A DNA stretch of 64,000 nucleotides, from NCBI GenBank assembly GCA_900088475.1, contig FLMG01002864.1, forward strand, positions 62,001-126,000, in the 5' to 3' direction. The notes beneath the pieces were generated by a model that was not told where the DNA came from, made no database searches, and saw only the letters and a list, made by a program, of their open reading frames with translations. Positions 51,101-63,880 of this stretch are shown here, in pieces. Position 1 is the stretch's first letter. Each line of letters begins with the position of its first letter. The DNA is from Hyphochytrium catenoides (lineage: Eukaryota; Protista; Hyphochytriomycota). Position numbers and translations under genes: made by a program.

Positions 51101-54100
51101 TCTAGTTCAATGTGCATTTGCTTCTCGGCCATGCTCCTGGAAATGAAAACGAGACTTATCCCTGGCCGCCCTCACTTCCGAAATCTGCTCTTTCGGGTCG
51201 CCTTTCTGTTAGTACTTAAAAATTTCTTCACCCTAGCTTCCAGCCTAATTCTTGCATTGATTAGGTCGCTGCGCGTGGGGGCGTAGAAGGGTCTCCTGAA
51301 TTGGCTTCCGTAGTCCACTCAGATGTAGGAGAGATTCCAAATCGATATCAGCCAGTGGTCAATGCAATCTTTCGTTCTGCCCTCTCTTCTTCATCTTGCT
51401 CCAGAGATAAAGAGGGTATGTTACGTCTTTTGTTGTCGTTTCAAGGAGAGCACTTCTCCTAGCCAGTAACCCTAGCTGTAAGCAGGTCTAGCTGTAGTTC
51501 AACCTTCAATGCTATAACCCACGCATTGATCTCTGTTCATAGAGCTAACAAAGGTACTTCCCTCTGTCGCTCTCATTCGCGGTCCGGGTAAACTTAACAG
51601 ATGTGAAGTCATTCAGAGGCAGAAAGCTGGATAGATCAGCCGAAGAAGTTTTCAGACTTGCTTCACGGCAGGAATTGTCTGGAGAGGCTGTGCTAAACAC
51701 AGTTCTTGCGGGCACTTTAGCTACATTCTACTTCCAGGTAAGGACTCATGCAGGAACGATAAGCACCCTTACCTTCAATCGCTGGCTTTGTCTGCCTTCC
51801 ACCATCACGTCGAAAGTGTCCGATACGTAGCTGTATACGGTCCATGCTGGGATGGGCAACTTAGGCAGTGACGGCTAGCTGCGGACTTTTGGAAATAACG
51901 CCTGCTTGACATACACCCATAACCCTCTTGGCAGGATGGAGCACTGCTTTCCTGCAGAGAGCAATCCTCACTCCCAGAAGAGGTCTGGGAGCTCTCAAGC
52001 CTAAGAGCATGTGCTCTGCTGGTCTTCGAGGCCTATACTTTTGTTCGACTTACCTTTGCCGAAAATGGCAAGGAGGTGGTGCACCATTTAGAGGTAGGTC
52101 CCTTGGTCTAAAGGGTCCCCATATATGATCTCCTTTACATAACGTTATCAATTGAAGGACTCTAAGACTTACCTCCTCAGTTCGGTGGTCACTCTGGGTC
52201 AATCTGTTTTAAAAGATCACCACTCTGCTTCCTAATCTCACCGACTTACCCGTGCTGGCGCTCTCTCAAAATACCCTTCACAGTTTGACGAGGAAGGAAG
52301 TGGGCTCTGGTGTTGGAAGGGCCTACGATCGGTAGTGGATCAACAGGTTAATCCCTCTGTTGAGAAGATACCGGGGAGCGTGAAGGAGCCATGCAAAGGG
52401 AAGAGAGTGGTAGACTTTATCTGTATGACCTGTTCTTGCACCATATGGATGTGCGACGATTTTGGTGAGAGGCACTCTTTTGATCCTAGTTACTTTGATA
52501 CACCAATCGATTCCTACAGATCTGGCATTAAGCCCTATTATATGGAGATATCTAGCTGAAGCACCACTCTGCTCTGGCGCTTTGCTGGTAGCCCCTTGGT
52601 CTAACGTCTTCGTTCGTCCTGCCTCCATGCTTTTTCCTGCACAGGGGTCGATTCGCTAATAGGGCAGACGATACAACTATACCGCTGCTGCGTGTGCAGT
52701 AGCACGAGCCTCTTTCACGTGTCTAGTGTCGGGACCGAGGAGGATAAGGTGGAGGCCGTAGGTCAGGACCTTGACCGAGACATTGAGGGAGACAGGAAGC
52801 GAGCTGAGGATATATACGAAGCACAGGTGGAACAGCCTCCTCCGGCAAAAGTAGAGGCGCTCACATCCATAGCAAAGAGTCCCAGTGAGTCGAAAGGAGA
52901 AGGAGACGATTCAACTGCAAATGAGGGCGAATCATCTAATGGCACTCCAGTCATGGAAGAGAAACTCCATAAGCAAAGCTCCAAGAAAGGGCGATATATC
53001 TATGACATTCCCTTTATGAGCATAGAAGATTCGAGAACCTACTTCGAGACTTACCAGGAAGAGGATGACAAACCCTCACTGCCTCCACTGGCAGAGTTCG
53101 GACAAAGAGATTCGGCTTACGGAGATGGGAAAGGAAAGGAAGGGCATGATTATCTCCAGGCCACGGAGGAGGTGTCGAGGGAGACCCTAGATAAATGGGA
53201 CGAGGAGAACATAGTCCCTATGGCAACCCTTCCACTATCGGAAGCCCAAGCATCGGAAAACCTCCCCGATTCTTCTCTCAAAAAGGCCGAAGTGCAAGGA
53301 ACACCAGAGGAGACACCAACGGGGGGTGCTTCAGGGGGAAGATTAGTAGGCTCGATGGCACAGGTTGCCCTAACTATGGCCTCCACATTGGCAAATGTGT
53401 CCAGTCCAAGTCTTAGACCCATCGGTAAAGTCGTCGTCGATCGTAACAAAATTTGGGAAAGGAAGCTGAGAATTAATTGCTTTGGTGATGGGTCTTCAGC
53501 TGGTTAGCTAATGTAAAGGTAGACACGCCGGGAGGGGTCTTGGTAGAGGAAGAGAGAGTTAGAGACCGAAGTACACCCCTAAAGCGCATGTTGCATATGT
53601 AGCGGCCAAGTTGTCTGGGGGTGACATCCCCGACCTACCTGAAGGGTTGGGGCCGCCTGGCACTACCGGAGAGGAGAAAACCAAGGAAGAGGACGAGACA
53701 GAGGATCTGTACTCCATCATGAACTCGTACAAGCCGGTGAGTTAGAGACATCCACCCCCCTTTATGTTAGGCTGACATAAGCTTTACCATTGGCTACCCT
53801 TTTTGTTGGAAGGATATCCTTTGCTGCTCACCCTTTCCAACATTATCCCTTGTGAACTCTCTATCCACCTCTTTTCTAGTCACCTCTTCTGTGATGCCTA
53901 CTAGAAGCTCTTATCGGCTCAGATCGTCCTCGATCTTATTGGTCTCACTCTCACCTGTGCCTCTCATACCTCGAGAGTTGCGTTCAACACGCAAGCTCAT
54001 CCTTGTTCTCGTTGCCTCCTTACCAATTCCTGGTCATTTCATTACCTCTTATGATCAATGCAGCTGGACGAGGGCCTATATGACTACTTCCGGACGGAAA

Positions 54101-55881
54101 TGTTTGCTCTTCGTAGCCGCCAGCAGCAGCATCACAGTGGGCGAGAGAGGGGCGAGGCAGGACCCACTATAGAAAAGTTCCTGCAGGTGTTCCGTCTTAC
54201 TCTCCTCTATTATCAAGACTACCAGAGAGCGCAACTGCCCGAGCTTCCTATCCTATTGGTGCTCACAGATGTGGCCTTATATGTGGTTACGGATTCTTTC
54301 CAAGGTATGGCTTGCGTTGTCTCTATTGCCCTCTGGTCAATCATCCGCCAGCCAGTCTTTCTGCTTGTCGCTCTCTTGGCCGTCCTGCTCGCGGCGGGCA
54401 ACGCCCCCTAAAATTTCCCTTACGGTGGCTCCACCAGCAGCTGCCGTCCACAATCCTCTTCTCATTTTGCCTTGCTCTGGTCTTTCGCAAAGTAGGCAAG
54501 AGAGGGGAGCACGTCTACAATGAGAGGACAGTGCGGGTGCTCCATCGACTCCCACTGAAAGACTTGACAATCATCCTGGTTGGATTCTATGGGCAGTCCT
54601 TGCGGCTGACATTCACAAGCTTTAGTAGGACGTAAGCTTATCGTCTTGCCTACGGCGGGAGATCTTTTGGTCTTCACTTTCCAGTCATGACACTTTTTCT
54701 TCTTCCTTTCGGCTCCTCCTAGCCTCTCCCTCTTTGTCCCATATCCGTAGACCTGCTATCACTGTGTTACCGGCAATCGGTGGTCGTCTCGCAATGGTGC
54801 AACTATCTATTGCAGTCGATCGTTGCCTCTTCTGTTCCGTCTTGGCTCTACAATTTTTCCTTCTCTAAGCGGCCAGCCATTCCGCTAGGTTGGTGCTCAT
54901 CACGCGATGGAAGGATCTTACATATGAGATCTCGGACCGGCTTTTCCAGCTGTCAAAGGAGCTCTCTGGCGGCTGTCAATTGTCTACAGACGACTTCAAC
55001 ACCCTTGACGACCTTTCACTCAATATCACGGGCGGCAAGAGCCAGATAAAGGCTTATGCAATGCTTTTCGAGGTTCGCTGTCTAATATGCATCCTGTCAG
55101 CTCTTTCTTCTGTCTCAGGTGTAGAGGTTTGCGGCCCTTGTCGGCTTGTTCTCCTCTGGCGGTCACCAGTGTTTGTCCCAGTAGACTTCAAAAAGGCTTG
55201 CTGAATTCTGATTTTGGAGACTGCGTTCGTTCAAGTCCTGCCTTCTCTGCTAAGGCTAATTCTTCTCTTACCTCAGAAAGGAAGTGGCGTTGACCTGATA
55301 CCGAGGACACTATTGCTTACAGCGGAGGTAGCACATTGGATTAGTTTACTTCTCTATGGTCAAAAATTGTCTTCGCCCAATATGCCAGCTGTTTCTTGTT
55401 GACGCCAACTTTCTTTCTTATGCCCTGATTGCCGTTGTCTTTTATAGGAGCTCTACTTGTTGGATGATGACATTGCTCGCCGAAACAAGAGTTGGACATC
55501 ACAATTTACGATAGCTCAGGCGATTCCCATCAGGTTAGCCACACCCTGGAATTGTTAGAACCTAGAGGGCGATGCTTCAAATGACCCTCAGCACAAAGAG
55601 AACCGAAAGTTGACACCCTAAGACCTGATGCTCATTCATATGACTTATGACGGGCAACCAGTGACCAGCTAGACAAGACTATGCTAAGCCGCTTATTCTC
55701 ATGCAGGGATATCGTCAGTCTGGTCCTGGAGGAGCACCCTCTCGAGTTTACTCTGGAAGTGAGGCGTCCAGGTGCTTTGTTGTTTGGAGCACGAAAAATC
55801 CACTTAAAGACACCTACCCGGGAGATGAAAGACAGGGTGGTCAAGGAGATTAGGACATTAGTCAATAAGAGACCATCCTAA
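48133..55881 (+). CDS. STK11IP: STK11-interacting protein (LIP1)-like leucine-rich-repeat protein
   Basis: N-terminal LHINSACLHYL and DLSIFPSLRHISI; LRRs LQRLDLRHNALTDVKGLENL, LNIRGNKL, LDVSSNRL; LRR cap IYLSDNPLTHAPLYR; a CxxC..CxxC pair (FICMTC..RCCVCSS); an acidic linker; LDEGLYDYFRTEMF; C-terminal PH-like segments. Start and middle exons are uncertain, and a nischarin-like identity is not excluded. Confidence 0.65.
49806..49920 (+). repeat. Intronic compound (CT)n/(GT)n/(CA)n microsatellite
   Basis: ctctctct..gtgtgtgt..acacacac, seen directly. Confidence 0.85.
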
Positions 55882-56159
55882 GAAGCTAAGACTGCAAGAA
55901 CCAGTGGGCAGGACAATCGTGATCAGACAATGCTAGTCTATGCGGCGTTTTGATTGAAGGTCCATCACCGAGACATAGAGAATAAGGAACCTCGGAGCGA
56001 AGTGCAGACTCCAGCTTACTACTAGTTTCAGGCAGCCTAGATGGAACGTGAAGATCCTTTCTATCTTCCCAAAATAAGACGCTATTTATTATTTAGGTTT
56101 GCTCTCATAAGAGAACCCGCTCTCCCGACACACTTTGTAACGCTAAGAGTGGCGCCTCC

Positions 56160-58699
56160 CTAGCCGAAGTTGATTCCTTGTGCCAGCGGCAAGCTGTCGC
56201 TGTGGTTGATGGTGCAGGTCGATCTCCGACAGTACTGTGGAAAAGGTTAAAATAAAGAAGCATACAGTTAGAGTTAAAGCAAGAAGCAAGAAGAAGGCAG
56301 GAGTGCCCAAGCAGTACCAGACTTCTCTCTCAACACTAACTGGAGGTTTCCTACCTGCTTCCAAGCATCACTGCCAGATTCCCTTCCTCCGCCTGTCTCT
56401 TTCTCCCCGCCGAAGGCGCCTCCAATCTCTGCGCCACTGGTTCCGATGTTCACGTTAACGATGCCACAGTCTGAACCATTTGCGCCAGTCCACTTGAAGA
56501 TAGCTTGCTGATTCTTAGTGAAGAGCGATGATGAAAGGCCTTGTGGAACGCTATTGTTTAGCTCGATTGCCTCGTCCAATGTCGAGAAGCGCAGCACATA
56601 GAGAATGGGTGCGAAAATCTCCTCCTGCGCATCCAAGATTCAGATCATAGTGTAAGCGACTGGTCATCAGCTTGCTATTTGCAAGTATACACATAAGCAA
56701 AGAACGAGGATCGAATCGAGGACATATAACTCTAGACCCTTCGTTGAAAGAGAAGTGGCCTAGTTACCTGAACAATCTCCGCTCTGGCGTCAATCTCAAT
56801 GATTGTAGGCTCCACGAAGTTACCCTTTCTATCTGTGAGAACCTTGCCTCCGCGCAGGATCTGTGTGACAACATATAGAAGGCGGCCATGAACATTAATG
56901 TACTTTCCGCGGATCTCTCCTTCATGTCTTAACCCTATCGATTTTCTGCACCTACAGTCTGGTCCATGCATATCCCTCAGTTGGATCAGCCCTTCTTCTG
57001 TAACGTCCGCCTTCATCACAGAAGTACTAGCTCTATAACAAATGCCCCTAAGTCTTCTTCTTACCTTTCCACCCTGCTTCTTTGCTTCCTCTATTCCTCG
57101 CTTGTAATTCTCAACGGCTGCCTTATTGTGCAAAGGACCGCACAGGGTCTGACTGTCCAGTGGATCTCCGATCTGTACACTGTTATATGCCTTCAATAGC
57201 TTTTCGACCACCGTACTGTAGACTTTATCCTGCAGGAATAGGCGACGAAGAGAGGTACAGCGCTGTCCCGCTGTTCCGACAGCAGAAAATAGCGCCGCCC
57301 TGCTAGCTAACTCCAGGTCTGCATCGTCACAGACAATCATAGCATTATTTCCGCCCAACTCTAGGATTTTCTTTGCAAAGCGGCGACCGGTGACTTCGCT
57401 AACGTGCCTGCCAATCTTCGTACTGCCGGTGAAGGAGACAAGCTCAACGCGAGGATCTTGAATAAGTGCCTCCCCTACGGTTGGGCCACTGCAAGCAGTG
57501 GGAGTGGAGGGTTAGTAGGTGTCATAACACTCGAGAACCTAGCAACTCTGTATGGTCAATACCTTCCACAGCAGAGAGAGGCAATTACCCCTGGATAACC
57601 ACATTCTTCGAGGACCTCTGATGTCAGCTTGGTCAGTGCCACCGAAGTCAGACAGAGGGAGTCAGCGGGCTTCCAGATCTGTGTGTTTCCACACACCAAG
57701 CTCAGGGCAGCATTCCAGAACATGACGGCACAAGGGAAGTTGAAGGCGGTAATAATGCCCACATGGCCCTTCAGAGGATTGTACCGCTCCATCATAAAGT
57801 GACCGGGCCGTTCGGAGGGAATAACTTGGCCATTAAGAGCCCGTGACAGGCCTACAGCGAACTCGCAGATATCCACAGCTTCCTGGACTTCACCAACTCC
57901 CTGAGGTTAACAGGTGATAAAGAGAAGTGAGCCAACGGAAGCACAGAGCCACCTAAGGCTCAACTAATGACGTTGCCGGGGAGGAGGTTAGCGAGGAATG
58001 TACAAAGCACACCCCGATGCTATCACGTAGCTTCGGTAACGAGAGCCATAGGAATGATTGAGTTGCTGCAACAGAGGTCAAGAAGTAGGAGGGAGAACAG
58101 GGTTTACGCAGAAGTGGTCTGCATCCTTACGCACCTCAACTTTGATCTTTCCCATCTCCAGTGATACCAGAGCACCTAGATCGTCAATATGGTCCCTTAG
58201 CTTGAGGCCCATGCGACGCACCACTTCTCCTCTCTTAGGGGCCGGAACTTCCGCCCACATGGCCTTAGCCTGTGTTGCAGAGGCATACTTTCAGATGCCT
58301 AGCAGAAGAGCTGATAGAGGTAGTCGTTCGTCACCTTATCCATCTCTTCAATGCATTTGTTATAGTCCTCCACAGTCCCCGTCCGAATCCTTGCGATGGG
58401 CTCGTTTGTGGCAGGATTTACTGAGGTGAACCATGGCCCATTTGCCTCCCACTTGCCCGAGTAGACGCCGATGTTATCCTTCTCCAGGCCTAATCGCTGC
58501 AGAGACGTTTAGGTTACTAGAAAGCATATGAAGCTGATGGCCAGCTTCTAACCTTCAAAAAGGGATACTTGTCGAAAGTGAGCTCAGATGAAGACATGGC
58601 TCTTGATAATGGCAAGCTAAACGCTCTTGAGGTTCCTCGGAACAGGCTAGTTTGAGTCTTGGAGGTGGAAGCCTTCACTAGGGAGTAGACTGAAAGCAT
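56160..58699 (-). CDS. ALDH7A1: Aldehyde dehydrogenase family 7 (antiquitin)
   Basis: [55 protein letters not shown], catalytic LELGGNNA and [67 protein letters not shown]. Confidence 0.97.
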
Positions 58700-59554
58700 C
58701 ACGCCTGAGATTAGGATAACACAGGGCACTGTTAGCACAAAGCTTGCACAGCATCCACAATCTCAACCCGAGAGAGGTTACCTGAAGCGCTGCACTGCCA
58801 ATAAATTGTTGGGAGCTAGTATATATATGGTGGAGTTAGCGACAAGCCCGTTAGAAGCAGACTGGCAATAGATTTCTGAGTCAATGGCAGTGCGCTATGG
58901 AAGAAGCTCGAACAGACGGCCAAGGATCTGTGGCATCACTCACCGCACTTGCTCAGTTGACAAGGATGGAGGATGAAGAGCCAGCCACACGGTGGTCTTC
59001 AGGAGTGCCTCTCTGTCAACAGGTTCCAAGGTTGTCACAGTGCAACCGTGGTTGGTGACGCGACTCCTCATGCCAGATGAGTCACCTAAATCTATAGAAG
59101 TGATGGAGGGTGATATGTCACCGCTTGGGGATTGTGGAACGGGTGAGAGGCAAAAGAATCAAGCCATCAGTGGAAATGTGGGGATATACATAATAACTCT
59201 ATCTAAAACCAAGGTTATTAGTGATTAAAGCATTTATATTCCATATAACTCGAGCTTAGTTGAAGTTCAAGTGCTGAGCGCATCAAACGCAAGGTTTGGG
59301 TGATGTTAGGAAGAGGGACGGCCTTCATCCTTCATCATCAGCTCATCAGGCACATCAGGCACTTGTTGAGCGCTGCAGACAGATCCGAAGATCCAGAGGC
59401 ATTGACTCGTGGCATTCGAAACTCTATAGAGGTTGGAGAGGTGATAAGCCATAGATTATTTATGAAAGCCTTCAAGGTATTAGGGCGGTTTGGTCGGACT
59501 GGTGAGGAGGTAATCTTATGGTTAGGCTTGTATTTCGCAGATAATGCGGTCGCC

Positions 59555-60442
59555 TCCTCCCCGCGCTCACCGATGTCTAAGACCTCGCCCCAAGCCAGCT
59601 CTTACTTTTGGGCGCGTTAGCAAGGATCAGCGAATAGAAAGGCCATTCAGTCACCGAGGTCCGATGCACGAGGAATAATGCGATGCTTGCGAGAGGCTGG
59701 GCACTCGAGACGACTAGCTCTTAGTAGTGCTACTTTAGACGCTCACCCGCTGAAGCGTTTGGCTTTCTTAATCAGCTCGTTCCTCCGCATTGTAGAGAAG
59801 AGGAGTGGGTCCTCATGAAGTTTATGAGCGGGTTTAAGTAGATCCATTTACAATCAAGCCCCATACATGCCTGATCGTTTGACCATTATTCTAGCCTTAC
59901 AAAGATGATGATAAAGAGACGACGCCATTTAGTTCACTGCTATAGTTCTTCCTTTCCGGGCTACTTGGTGATACCTAAGCAGGCGCGTATATACGAGATC
60001 TGCCTTGCAGCAGCTGACCAGCACCTTCTTCAATCTACCAGAGGCTTGGAAGGTAGAGGACTTCGCCTGCACCACCACAACGTGAAGTTGAGAGGCTAAT
60101 TGATGCAAAGGGTACTGGCTGTCGCTCAGTAGTGGGCCTCTGATGGTCATAGCTATCCATCTGAACGTCGGAGCGGAGTCTTTGTCAAGCACGACGCTCC
60201 ATTCGCCATTTGCGACGAGAGGTAGGGTCCCTGCTGCTTCCATGTTGCCTGCCGCTGTCTGTTCGCCACTGTAGCGGTGGGTGGTTGCTCCTCGATATTC
60301 TCCTCTAACAAGAGAAGTTCCGCCGCTGGATAGGGATAGAGTGAACCTCCTCCTTTCACCACCAGTGATGACTGCATATAAGTTCTGAATGACAATGATT
60401 AGTGACTAAACGTCGGATAGTCCAAACAAGAATTATCACCTC
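59555..60442 (-). pseudogene. Decayed partial duplicate of the 3' half of JMJD7, including introns and 3' flank
   Basis: Colinear with about 61500-62393. For example, gttcactgctatagttcttcct and tacttggtgatacctaagcaggcgcgtata occur in both copies. It has frameshifts, a deleted splice donor after AVN, and no HKD exon. Confidence 0.92.
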
Positions 60443-60454
60443 GACTGCATATAC

Positions 60455-60577
60455 TTGTAACAATATGGCAGCGATAGCGTGCTTACTACCGTCGGTATAA
60501 ACGATGAAAGGTTTGTCCAAATCCGGAGCCTGAAGCACCAGGCCTTGGGTAGACTGCACTTTAATGAACTCGACTGC
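60455..60577 (-). mobile_element. Ty3/gypsy-type RT connection / RNase H fragment
   Basis: LVLQAPDLDKPFIVYTDGSKHAIAAILLQ matches the gypsy Pol motif PVL..PD..KPF.V.TDAS..AIGAVL.Q. No LTRs or other Pol domains were seen. Confidence 0.8.
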
Positions 60578-61673
60578 TGATGTTAAGCTGCCCCCTGTAT
60601 AGCAGAGAGGCATACATCTCGCAACTCTCACTAGTATGTACGGACACTGCTCCGCAATCTTGCAAAGGCTTATCGCCTAGCGAGGAGAATTATTAGCGAA
60701 AGGCCTTTATTTGAGGGTACAAGCATAGCACTTTAACTCCAAAGTTATTACTCCGTATTAGATAACAGTCGTCCTTCAAAGTGAGAGCCTAAATAATGGT
60801 CAGCAGCACATAATGAGTGGCGTACACAACGACCACGGAGTATTATCTTTTCAACTTTCAGGAGATTCTCATCATCAGGACGATGATGCATTGTTACTGG
60901 CCTTTCCATTGATTATGAACTGATACAGCAGCAGTGGTGCTTCTACTGCAAAGCAGAGAAGAAGATCATTGGAATTTTTTCTTTCTTGATGAGCTCTGAA
61001 ACGCTGTATCATCAGCATAATGAAGTTCTAAAATAGGAACGACGGACACTGGGACTAATCGGCCAAAGGCTGCGTTACTAAGCGAAACGACGGCTAATAG
61101 TGAAGAAGGCATTTTCGGGTTACGCATGGTTGAACGCGGTGATGTCATCGATGTTTGGTGTCAACAAGAGGGATCCCTAGTAGTCCTCGGTCCTTGTACT
61201 CATCATTCAGCTCGTCGATAATAGAACTCACTGAGCTGTCAGAGATAATAATAACCAACCACCGCGTACCACAAAATCAGCTGAGGATTGATGACCGGTG
61301 TAGATGGTGCAGGTGTTTTATCTAAACAACAATTCTTTATCAACCAAAGCTGTCGGACCTAGCTGAGATGAAGGTCCTAGGGAATTTGGGTTGAAGTTGG
61401 GGTCTGGAGGATGGGTATCACCGGGATCTACACCGCTATTGAGTGCGGGCTGAAGTTCTGCTGCTGCTGATGGCTAATTGAATAGACCACGACATGTCCC
61501 TCGCCGCGCTCGCCTATGCCTAAGACCTTGCCCAATGCAGCTCTCACTTATTGGTGCGTTAGTAGGGATGAGTGAATAGAGAGAGCCACTCAGTCACCCA
61601 GACTCATGCACAGATAAAAAGTTGCGATGCTTACCAGAGGCTGGACACTGGTTGACTAACTCTAGGGTCTACT

Positions 61674-63253
61674 CTACACGCTTCCCTGCTGCAACGTTTG
61701 GCTTTCTTCAGCAGCCTGGTCCTCCGCATGGTAGAGAAGTGGGGTGGGGCCTCTGATGACATTTCTGAGCAGGTTGTAGTAGACCCATTTACAATCAAAC
61801 TGCATGTCATGCCTGATCCAATGACCATTATTCTAGCCTTGCAGCAGTTGATAAGAAAGAGACGATGCCACTCACCAGTAGTTCACTGCTATAGTTCTTC
61901 CTTTCTGGGCTACTTGGTGATACCTAAGCAGGCGCGTATATAAGAGATCTACCTTACAGCAGCTGACAAGGAGTTTATCCAACACCCTACCAGAGACTTG
62001 GGAGATAGAGGACTTCGCCTGGTCGGACCACAACGTGAAGTGGAGAAGCTAATTGATGCAATGGGTACTGGGCGTCGCGCTCAGTATTGGGTCTCTGATG
62101 GTCATAAGGAGTGATAGCTATCCATCTGACCGGAGCGGAGTCTTTGTCAAGCACAACGCTCCATTCGCCATTTGCGAGAGGGAGAGTTCTTGCTGTTTCC
62201 ATGTTGCCTGCCGCTGTCTGTTCGCCATTGTAGCGGTAAGTGGCCCCTGCATATTCTCTCTCATAGAGGAAAGGAAGGTCCGCCGGGGGATAGAGAGTGA
62301 ACCTCTTTTCACCAGTGATGACTGCATATAAATTCTGATGACAATGATTAGTGTTTAAAGCTCGGACAGTGCAAATCAAGAATTTTCGACCTCATAATGA
62401 TCCTTATGTAAAGAGGACACCGACCGTTCGTCGCCTATCCATAGGTTCACCTTCAGGTGTAACAGCACGTAAGCACACCACCAGAGTATGGTTATTGCTG
62501 CAAGCCTACCGCGTCCGGCTCATTATCAAAGATATCAGACGCGAAGCCCAAGGATGGCTCAATGTCGTCGTCCATAAGGCCCTGGAACTCAATCCGTAGG
62601 CTGTCATTCTAAGGGAATCTTGTGAGCGACGCCCGATGCTTTCACCTACTGGAGGCTAGCTCTAAGACTGACCTGGTGGGAAAGGTATGGTACACCATGG
62701 TAGTCATGGTTGTTGAGGATAGCAAAGAAGTCTTGCAGGCTCATTTTTCTCTCCTCGGGCTTGACAAAGAGTTCCCGTGAGCCGACGGGGATGACGCAAT
62801 CAGCTAGGCCATTGGGCGTCACGTTAACTATATGGACAAAGGTATCACCGCAAGTCAGAAGAGTCCAGGTAGCGCTGTAATAGTAGGACCTTTATTAGCG
62901 TGGCGCCGACGTCCTTCGGCCTACCCGAGACAATAGGATTTCCTGTTTTACTAATCAGGTAAGAGTCATCCTTCCATCGTTTCAGGGCGGGCCAATGATC
63001 GATGGCCCCGCATATAATAGCCGGTTCATTTCTGCTAACAAAGTCTTTATAGAATCTTAGTGGATCTATGGGAGCTTTGATACGTCTGATCTCTGAAGAC
63101 TGAACCTAGGGTGTGCAAAGCGGTCGTAGGCTGAGGGACCCAATCTTCGGAGAGCCAATATTACACTCATAATCTATGAAGCATCCTTACCCAGAAGTCA
63201 CGAACATCAGAAGATAACTGCTGAAGCGGTTGTCCTGGGTTTGTTGTCGTCAT
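61674..63253 (-). CDS. JMJD7: JmjC-domain protein 7 (lysyl hydroxylase)
   Basis: [78 protein letters not shown] (HxD motif), LYLPSLWYHQV, IAVNYWHDMQFD. TAG at 61674-61676. Confidence 0.95.
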
Positions 63254-63354
63254 TCTTTTCTTTGCCACTGCGGCCTTTGGAGGTCAGTCACAATTGGCGG
63301 ACGTTACAGCGCTTTCCACGAAGTCATTCTCATGTATCGAAAGGTTACTAGTCG

Positions 63355-63880
63355 TTACTTATCCTCCATAAGCACGGAACGGAGATAATGCCACGCGGTC
63401 TCTGTCCTATGACGATCCGTGTGTTTGAACATGTAACCTATTGCCGCTAAATCCTCAGTCCCGATGTTGATGCTCATCAAACCCAACAGTACAAAGACTT
63501 GCAGGCATTGACGACGGCCCTTTCCTATGCACCTCCACCGAGGGAAAGGCCAAAAGGGCAGGCTAGTTGGGAGATCGTGCAGCACCTGCAGCCCTTGCTA
63601 GGATGAAGCTTATTGACCCGCCCCACTTGTTCCCATTCCTCCTCAACAGGCCAAAGAGATGAGAATCCTTTCCGATCATCCCCACCATCGCGTCGCCCAA
63701 TCATCGGTCAGAATGATCACACAGACAGGTCCGGAACTGGATACATTAATCTTGGTTCTATGCCAAATAAACGCTATCGAGTCAGATAACCAGCATGCTG
63801 GTGGAGAAGATTCTAGACAAGAGCTCCGTTGGCTTGGTCTTCAAAGGGCTGGAGCCTGTCCACAAGAAGACCTTGAGTGA
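63355..63880 (-). pseudogene. Decayed coding relic, weakly tyrosine-recombinase-like C-terminus
   Basis: One stop-interrupted frame reads KDSHLF..GRR..EDLAAIGYMFKHTDRHRTETAWHY, resembling the ..I...GH....T..Y catalytic-Tyr region. There is no canonical HxxR. Confidence 0.2.

Noticed and set aside
12385-63253. Stop-codon reassignment or selenocysteine readthrough
   Set aside because: Every apparent in-frame stop I checked in conserved genes falls inside a predicted intron. TAA, TAG and TGA all end genes at the expected C-termini, and a 922-aa stop-free ORF exists.
63740-63860. Retroviral integrase fragment (QANG, LFGIEPRL)
   Set aside because: The motif spacing is too short and there is no DDE context.
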